The translations under genes were made by a program, and so were the position numbers. 64,000 bases of DNA, taken from a virus. Below are positions 57,541 to 64,000 of this stretch, piece by piece. The stretch's first letter is position 1. Every line of letters starts with the position of its first letter. The DNA lies in the IMG/VR virus record IMGVR_UViG_3300010354_000001, positions 49,975 to 113,974 of that record. The stretch is one strand, 5' to 3'. The notes under the pieces were generated by a model. The model was given only the letters and a program-made list of their open reading frames with translations. It was not told where the DNA came from and searched no databases.

Positions 57541-58437
57541 TTAGTTAGATGGTTCTTTCTTGGAATCTAGCAAGCTCCAAAACTCTTCATACATCTCATG
57601 CTGAGTAATATACTGCCTAGTCTTTCGGATCTCTTCTCTTCTGGTTTCGTCTGCTTCGTGCCAGTTACTAAATATATCTGTAGATTCTTTGGTCTTCTTC
57701 AAGGTTGCTATAAGTTTATCGGTAATTTTATTTAAGTCTGGAAACATATTTTGCCCTACTTGAAAAGGTCTATCCCCAACTTGCGGTACGCAGTAATTTA
57801 CTTTTGTGGAGTTAGGCTGTAACTGCCCAGTTCTATATTTCTGCACTACATCCTTAAGTTCTCGGATCTCCATATTTAGTCTATCTATTTCTTCTTTATT
57901 CTTAGTTTGTCTGTTCTTCATAGAAGATAGTAAATTACTCATCTGCTCTTTCAATTTAGCATTTTCTCTAATTAATTTTTCTACCTCTACTGGATTAGCT
58001 TTAGGTTTCTCTATATTATATTTAGCTTCTATTTTTCTTTCGGCATCTTCTTTACTCAGTCCTTTGCGAACTAGATCTACTATTTCGTTATGTCTAAAGT
58101 CGCCTGGTATATAGCCTATTAAATCTTTTCGGTCGGCATATATAATTAAGAACTGTTCTATGGCCGCTGCAAAGTAACCTATATGAAATGTCTTCATACA
58201 TTCCTGCTCTCTAGTAGAAGGAGCTGCTATTTTACTCATTATGACTACCCAGTTCTCCATAGTGAATTTAATAAAATCCGCCATGTCTATATTAGTAGCT
58301 TTGCTTAAAAAGTTATAAGTATTTTTAATATGCTCAAAGTTTATACCTGGTGAAATTTTAATAGGTATTTTATAAACTTCTAAATAAGTTTTATCAATTA
58401 TATCTTTTAAGATTAAATATTTAGATCGTTTTGGCAT
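57541..58437 (-). CDS. Hypothetical coiled-coil protein
   Basis: 298-aa ORF, AAGGAG RBS. Confidence 0.75.
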   Translation of the reverse strand: MPKRSKYLILKDIIDKTYLEVYKIPIKISPGINFEHIKNTYNFLSKATNIDMADFIKFTMENWVVIMSKIAAPSTREQECMKTFHIGYFAAAIEQFLIIYADRKDLIGYIPGDFRHNEIVDLVRKGLSKEDAERKIEAKYNIEKPKANPVEVEKLIRENAKLKEQMSNLLSSMKNRQTKNKEEIDRLNMEIRELKDVVQKYRTGQLQPNSTKVNYCVPQVGDRPFQVGQNMFPDLNKITDKLIATLKKTKESTDIFSNWHEADETRREEIRKTRQYITQHEMYEEFWSLLDSKKEPSN

Positions 58438-58468
58438 GTTTTCTCCTTTTCAGCTAGTATACCACAAC

Positions 58469-60097
58469 TCAACCAAATAATACTGCTAGTGCTTCTGGGG
58501 TAAGTTCTTCATACTGCCATTCGGTAGGTAAATCCTCAGGAGGTTTTCGCCTTCGTCTTTTTCTGCCCTTAGATTCTACAGTAATTTTCTTAGTGGTGTT
58601 AACTATTTCAGGAGTTTTTATTTCTTTAACTACAGGTACTTGATGAAACTCTTTACCCTCTACAAAGTTTTTCTTCTCTAGTTCTGCATATTTAAGTCCT
58701 GATAGTTCGGAAGCCTCTTTAGTCGCCTCTGCTGGTATCTCCCCTATAGTGACTACCCCATCGTGCTGATTGGATATCACCGTAAACCCATATTTTTTAC
58801 TTAGTATAGTTAAGTGGTGAATAAAACAGGCTTCCTGCCCTTGCAAATAAAATGCTGCTAATTGTCTCTTTAACTCTGACTTACTGACTATTTTGCCTTT
58901 CTTGTTTATATACTCCCCTAGATGAAAATTTATACCGCATTTATTAAGTACATAATTTCTGCAATTCTTATCTCTAAAAGCTTTCTCTAGTAAGACGTTA
59001 TGCCATTTATCTATGTCTTTTTTTAGCGGTTGTAGCCAGTCGTATACTTTTTTGTACACTTCTGTACTATCCCCTATAGCTCCTAGCATTATGTCATCAT
59101 AGAAAGAGTTATTATGCTTGCACTTGCCAGCTTTCTCAAAGACTGGTAAATCTGCCCCTAATATTACCTCTATTAAAACTTTTTTAAAGGAGTCTAAAGT
59201 AAGCGATAAGTCGGCAGCCGTTTTAGCTTTATCTAATTTTAATATATTATTTATAGCCTCGGTACTTACCCCTGCCTCCTCGAAGAGTTGCATTACCCCT
59301 AATATTTGGGAAGACTTAAGATCGTAGTTATTTATATCCTTCATTCCGAAAAATGCAGCGTGCTTCATAAGTCTGGAACAGGATTGAAACCCTCCCCCAA
59401 GTTCGCTAACCCTTCCAGACATTTGAGTAGCATAGTCCGAATGGTATTCAGCCTCAGCCATATTAACCCACGTAGATCCAGACATAATGTAATTATAGGC
59501 ATGTAAATCAGCTATATATCTAAACTTTTCTGTTTTTGAGTTATGGGATTTACGTCTCATATACTCTATGTGTTCTTGTGTACTCTTAGCGTTAAACCTG
59601 AAAGCTTGCATCGCATTTATAGACTTGGATACTAAGGAACTAGGCATAACCCCTCTAGATCCTAGCGTATCTTTGCTGTTAGTTATTATTTTTCTAGGTC
59701 TTCCGTTAAAGATATTAACAAACTCTTTAGAGTTTCTGTTGTTATCTAAGGAGTCTGTAAATGTTGCCCAGACAGTATCAGAAACCTCATACTCTCTACA
59801 TAGGTGTCCGAATCTGCTATAGGTTTTCCCGAAATCGTTGAGAGGCTTAATTCGTATCAGCCCAATCTCTTCTAAGTTTTTAACTCTTACACTTTGACCT
59901 AACTCTTTACTTATAGCGGTAGACGGTATAGGAATCCAAGTTTTATGTTCCTTATCGTACTCTTTTAGTGTGGAGTTTATTATGTGATAAATTAAATGCC
60001 TGACGGCTACTGTATAATCTTTTAAATATTCTTCCATGTCTAAGTAGGTCTGCTTAGGAACGTAGGAATATTTGTTTATGAATGCTTTTTTTATCAA
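58469..60097 (-). CDS. Divergent family-A-polymerase-fold protein
   Basis: SGRV.....FQ, YDLKSSQ (motif A-like), LQGQE, QHDGV (motif C-like). Confidence 0.55.
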   Translation of the reverse strand: MIKKAFINKYSYVPKQTYLDMEEYLKDYTVAVRHLIYHIINSTLKEYDKEHKTWIPIPSTAISKELGQSVRVKNLEEIGLIRIKPLNDFGKTYSRFGHLCREYEVSDTVWATFTDSLDNNRNSKEFVNIFNGRPRKIITNSKDTLGSRGVMPSSLVSKSINAMQAFRFNAKSTQEHIEYMRRKSHNSKTEKFRYIADLHAYNYIMSGSTWVNMAEAEYHSDYATQMSGRVSELGGGFQSCSRLMKHAAFFGMKDINNYDLKSSQILGVMQLFEEAGVSTEAINNILKLDKAKTAADLSLTLDSFKKVLIEVILGADLPVFEKAGKCKHNNSFYDDIMLGAIGDSTEVYKKVYDWLQPLKKDIDKWHNVLLEKAFRDKNCRNYVLNKCGINFHLGEYINKKGKIVSKSELKRQLAAFYLQGQEACFIHHLTILSKKYGFTVISNQHDGVVTIGEIPAEATKEASELSGLKYAELEKKNFVEGKEFHQVPVVKEIKTPEIVNTTKKITVESKGRKRRRRKPPEDLPTEWQYEELTPEALAVLFG

Positions 60098-60165
60098 TTG
60101 AGTGGACTGCCTATCATAGGATGTTAACCTACTTAAACATTATACTACATTTTCGTATAGACGTA

Positions 60166-60192
60166 AAAAAAGAGGGTTTCCCCTCTTCTCTT
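60166..60192. terminator. Intrinsic terminator
   Basis: AAGAGGG-TTTC-CCCTCTT with A-run. Confidence 0.6.
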
Positions 60193-60281
60193 ACAACATT
60201 TTTTTCTAAAGCAATCTAGAAATTGAAAAACCTCGTATGGCATTCACTCTCTAATTATACCATGCCCAAAGAATAATTTGC

Positions 60282-60539
60282 CTAACTATCTACAGATAAT
60301 TCTATAATATTGTTTGCGTATTGTCCTGCTAATATATCTGTGTAATTATAAGAGGACATTTTCTTAGTTTTATTAGCGTAAGCTTTAAGTTTATCTACAT
60401 CGTAAGTAATAGTTAATACGTCATCAATAATGCTTTTATTTATTATAGACTCAGAAGTTTCTAATAACGGAAGATAAGATATTCTTTCTACGCTAGCTAA
60501 ATAATTAGTAAATGTAATTTTCTTTATGTTTTGTGCCAT
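60282..60539 (-). CDS. Hypothetical protein
   Basis: 85-aa ORF, ATG 6 nt after TGTTATAAT. Confidence 0.6.
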   Translation of the reverse strand: MAQNIKKITFTNYLASVERISYLPLLETSESIINKSIIDDVLTITYDVDKLKAYANKTKKMSSYNYTDILAGQYANNIIELSVDS

Positions 60540-60587
60540 AGCTCAATTATAACACAAATGACTAAATTTTAGCATTCCCCTACCCTC

Positions 60588-60822
60588 CCCCCGCACCCCC
60601 CCACCCAGGATAATAAATCCCTAATATTTCTTCACTTCTCATAACTCCAAAGAGAAGAGAAAGAGAGAGAAATCCTAGTAAGCTAACTTCCTCCATAGTT
60701 TAATATAATTCATATATTTCCTTACCTAGTCTAACTATTCAAGGATACTGAACTCACTTTTATTTATCTTAATTTCTTAGTATTTATTGACGAGTGAAAC
60801 GAGTAGATAGGGGGTGCGGGGG
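60588..60822. repeat. 13-bp GC-rich inverted repeat in divergent intergenic region
   Basis: CCCCCGCACCCCC (60588-60600) / GGGGGTGCGGGGG (60810-60822). Confidence 0.75.
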
Positions 60823-61007
60823 AAAGATTGGACATTGGTAAAATCGCAGAGAAATCAAATCAAACACATCTACGTTCGCCCACAAGAAACAAAAACTTGC
60901 TAAACCTAATACTTTTACCCTTACTTATTTTTCGTAGTTTCTAGGGCTTTCTAGCCCTCTCAAATTTGATAAGTACATAAACTTTGATACATGGTATCAT
61001 TTAATGT

Positions 61008-62282
61008 GTGGATAACGACTTAGAAAATCTATTTAAAATTAAAAGAGGTAAAGTTCTAGTTTTTGCTACTCCCTATGCCAAACAAGCACAATCAGAATTT
61101 TTAAGTAAAGCTAAGAATTTTTTAACTAGAAGTGTAATTTTAACTCCTGAAAAATCTATCCTAGAAATAAGTAAAGGAACAAAGACTGTTTCTCCTAGTA
61201 ATATTAACAACACTTACGAAACTGCACTTGAGGCATATCTACTAAAACCTAATCAAAGAAATGCTGGGGTTACTCCATTTGTGATTATGGTTCCTGAGAT
61301 AACTAAAAGTATCTCTGTTCTCAATAAAGCTTTACAGTCTTTCGTTGAAAAAGATTATCAAGCTAAGGCAGTATTAGTAATCTGCACTGAGCAGGATGCT
61401 TTAGATTTTAAGTTTAAATTTGAGCGAGTAAATCTTACAGATTACTTGGAAGGTTTCTTGGAGGATCTGTGTAAAAGAAATCCTCTAGTTAGGGTACTTA
61501 CCACCTCTACAGAAATAGTAGGAATGAATGGGTTAACTACTTGGCTTAAGAGAAGAGCTATCTGCTTTGATAATAATACAGGAATTAAATTAAAAGGTAT
61601 TTCTATTTTTGGAGTTCCAGGTACTGGGAAAACTATGTCTGCTTTTAAATGTGCTGAAATATTAAACTGCCCAGTCTATCTATTCGATGTTCATTCTGCC
61701 CTAGATAGCTTTCAAGGTAATAGTGAAAAAGCTATAGATCAAGCTTTATCCTATATTGCTACGATAGGCAGAGCTGTAATTCTCATAGATGAAGTAGATA
61801 AGATGTTCTCAAACACCCTTAGCGATCACTCAGGAACTACACAAAGAATACTTAAGAAGTTGTTAGATTTTATGCAGAATAATGGGACATTGTTTTTTGT
61901 TTTAACTGGAAATTCAATTAGCTCTGTACCGCCTGAATTAATAAGACGTGGCAGACTTAATGAATACTTCTATGCAGATTTACCTACAGAAGACAGCATT
62001 GCACTTTTCGTAAAGAGTAAGTCTACTAAATATATCTCAGTACCTCCTGAGTTTTATGCTAAGGTATTTAGTAGTGAAGTAACAGCTAAACTCAAGGAAC
62101 TAAATTACGGATTAACAGATGTGGAATTTTTACTTGAGGAGTGTGTGCTTGACTTTTTAAATGGCGAAGAGATAAAAATAGGAGAACACATGAAAAATAT
62201 AATACCGTCATTTAAACGAAATGAGGAAAGTTATTTAGCTACTAGATTATGGAGTGAACGTAATGCCAGAAATATCAACTAA
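61008..62282 (+). CDS. AAA+ ATPase (Ycf46-like)
   Basis: GVPGTGKT, G.SE, LIDEVDK, T.N....PPELIRRGR..E.FY.DLP, LR.WS..NAR-like end. Confidence 0.85.
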   Translation: MDNDLENLFKIKRGKVLVFATPYAKQAQSEFLSKAKNFLTRSVILTPEKSILEISKGTKTVSPSNINNTYETALEAYLLKPNQRNAGVTPFVIMVPEITKSISVLNKALQSFVEKDYQAKAVLVICTEQDALDFKFKFERVNLTDYLEGFLEDLCKRNPLVRVLTTSTEIVGMNGLTTWLKRRAICFDNNTGIKLKGISIFGVPGTGKTMSAFKCAEILNCPVYLFDVHSALDSFQGNSEKAIDQALSYIATIGRAVILIDEVDKMFSNTLSDHSGTTQRILKKLLDFMQNNGTLFFVLTGNSISSVPPELIRRGRLNEYFYADLPTEDSIALFVKSKSTKYISVPPEFYAKVFSSEVTAKLKELNYGLTDVEFLLEECVLDFLNGEEIKIGEHMKNIIPSFKRNEESYLATRLWSERNARNIN

Positions 62283-62649
62283 TTTAATAGAAATTATAGA
62301 AGGTGCAGTAGGAAAGTATAAAATATCTACTAGTGTTACTCATGCAGGCGAGCCTATAGATAAGGCTGAATACTACCATGCTAAACACTTTTTGGGTAAG
62401 TCTTGGCTATACATACTTAAAGATTTACCAGATAAGAGTTTATTAAAATTTACTATAGAAGATCAAACAGCTAGAGATTTCAACAATATATTACAGACTA
62501 TAGTAGTGCAGTATTCTCCAAGCAACCCGTTCATTGAGATTTTAAATAGAGTGGATGATGGTATAGGTTTTTATGGCAACTTTAAAGTAGGCCCTAAATC
62601 TTCTAAATATATTTTAGAGGAGTGGAAGATTGGAGTTTATGGTGGGTAG
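62254..62649 (+). CDS. Hypothetical protein
   Basis: ORF coupled to ATPase. Confidence 0.65.
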   Translation: MNVMPEISTNLIEIIEGAVGKYKISTSVTHAGEPIDKAEYYHAKHFLGKSWLYILKDLPDKSLLKFTIEDQTARDFNNILQTIVVQYSPSNPFIEILNRVDDGIGFYGNFKVGPKSSKYILEEWKIGVYGG

Positions 62650-63214
62650 TAGTTGGGATTTAGAGAAAGCATTAAGCATAGCAGCTAGCTACCCTGTCAG
62701 GAATGCTGTTAGTGTCATAGTATCTGCTGCTGAGGATCTTTGTTGCTATAATAATGTAAGTAATTTGATTGTTTTAAGATATGCGGAGAGCGTGTTGCGT
62801 ACTAACTATGAATATGCAGCCATAGTTAACGAAGATTACAAAACTAACGGAGCTCATTTTTATATCCTGTTTGATGTTTATAATGATTATTGCAAACAGA
62901 TTAAGTATATGTTATCTCAACGTGGAATAAGCACATCACGTTGCACAGATAGTTTAGTGACAGCAGTTGTTCAGTTACTATCGGACAACCTAGCTTTGTT
63001 GGTAAGTGAGGCTGAGACGGTTAGTGCCGTAGAGAATAAAAAATGGGCATTATATAGACATAATAATGTTACAAGATACTATGCAAACAGTGTTTATTTA
63101 AAGGATAGTATAGAAAAACAAATTAAGTATTTAATACGGGATCTATGGAAACTTGCCCCAGATGAGGTTATTAAGTACCTTAAGGCTTATAATCCCAAAG
63201 ATGCTAGCACTTAG
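62630..63214 (+). CDS. Hypothetical protein
   Basis: 194-aa ORF in operon. Confidence 0.65.
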   Translation: MEFMVGSSWDLEKALSIAASYPVRNAVSVIVSAAEDLCCYNNVSNLIVLRYAESVLRTNYEYAAIVNEDYKTNGAHFYILFDVYNDYCKQIKYMLSQRGISTSRCTDSLVTAVVQLLSDNLALLVSEAETVSAVENKKWALYRHNNVTRYYANSVYLKDSIEKQIKYLIRDLWKLAPDEVIKYLKAYNPKDAST

Positions 63215-63233
63215 ATTTAATGAGGGATGAAGC

Positions 63234-63938
63234 ATGAAATATGTAGGATCTAAAAATAGAATAGCTAAAGATATTTTAGAAATTATGATTCCGTTAAGAG
63301 GAGATCGTACATGGGTAGAACCTTTTGTAGGCGGGGCTAACTTAATAGACAAGGTGTCAGGTGACAGAATAGGTGCTGATGCTAATGCGAACGTGATTAA
63401 GGCTTTAAAGTTTATAAGGGATAATTTAAAAGACATTCCTAAGAGTAGGCTTGAGTTCACAGAGGATATGTATAAAGCTTTGCGATCATCGCCAGACACA
63501 GAGTTGAAGGCATTTGCTGGTTTTACTTATAGTTTTGGTGCTAAATGGCTAGGTGGTTGGAGTAGGAGTGGAAACAGAGATTATGTTAATGAAGCATACA
63601 AAAACGCTGTTAAACAAAGCCCTAAACTGCAAGGTATAAAACTAATCCATAGTGACTACACTGAGTTACAGATTCCACCTAACAGTTTAATCTATTGCGA
63701 CCCCCCATACGCAAGCACTACAAAGTATGCTACTGGAGCATTTGACCATGATAAGTTTTTTGATTGGTGTAGAAGTATGGAACAAAAGGGGCATATAGTG
63801 TTTGTGTCAGAGTATCAAGCACCTGATGATTTTGAGTGTGTTTATGAGAAGAGGATCGTAAGCAGTTTAGATAAGAACACTGGGGGTAGGACTGGGTTGG
63901 AGAAATTATTCCGAGTTAAGGGATTCAAAGCTCTGTAG
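63234..63938 (+). CDS. D12-class (Dam-like) N6-adenine DNA methyltransferase
   Basis: YVGSK, VEPFVGG, IYCDPPY, FVSEY. Confidence 0.9.
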   Translation: MKYVGSKNRIAKDILEIMIPLRGDRTWVEPFVGGANLIDKVSGDRIGADANANVIKALKFIRDNLKDIPKSRLEFTEDMYKALRSSPDTELKAFAGFTYSFGAKWLGGWSRSGNRDYVNEAYKNAVKQSPKLQGIKLIHSDYTELQIPPNSLIYCDPPYASTTKYATGAFDHDKFFDWCRSMEQKGHIVFVSEYQAPDDFECVYEKRIVSSLDKNTGGRTGLEKLFRVKGFKAL

Positions 63939-64000
63939 GGATAAGTCCTGGTAGAATGTCATCTCCGTCACCTTCAGGATCTACGTCATTATCTAACGCA

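Noticed and set aside
4496-63499. Numerous short antisense ORFs in the supplied track (e.g. 4496, 7903, 33141, 36072, 57806, 63143)
   Set aside because: Shadows of well-supported genes on the opposite strand, with no motifs or RBS
1-64000. Alternative genetic code
   Set aside because: Long conserved genes are intact under the standard code and all three stops are used

Overview
AT-rich 64-kb segment of a large tailed dsDNA phage (standard genetic code, almost all genes on the minus strand; host not determinable, with weak hints of a cyanobacteria-related host). 1-7.5 kb is a repeat-rich, gene-poor early/host-takeover-type region with small ORFs, a beta-clamp-like gene, repeated promoters/leaders, a dispersed quasi-palindrome and a consensus sigma70 promoter reading into an AAGCC(C/G) array. 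7.6-31 kb holds DNA-modification genes (Mom-like, Dam-like), an RNA-repair set (RlaP-like nucleotidyltransferase, Ro/TROVE-like vWA protein, Pnkp-phosphoesterase-RNA ligase fusion), two lysozymes, a T5 A1-like protein, TerL, a sigma70 factor, DnaQ, TnpB, HNH and tRNA-His. 31-60 kb is the nucleotide-metabolism/recombination/replication module (NrdA, NrdB, SF2 helicase and PolA each with an intein; SpeD, RecA, primase, DnaB), interrupted by an IS1595-like cargo island with a BstYI/BglII-type R-M system and a TIR+SLATT pair. Two unannotated RNA systems stand out: (1) behind the Ro-like gene, three RNAs share a covarying 7-bp stem plus ACAGCA motif and carry separate tRNA parts (two circularly permuted D/T/acceptor modules and one tRNA-Lys(UUU) anticodon stem-loop), next to a tRNA with an aberrant anticodon arm; (2) a catalytically intact TnpB in an element with 28-bp terminal inverted repeats, with three omegaRNA-scaffold copies carrying three different guides: native, a 195-bp mini-element with an 8-bp target duplication, and an apparently immobilised copy inside the Ro/Y-RNA locus. 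All calls come from reading motifs by eye; no database search was run.
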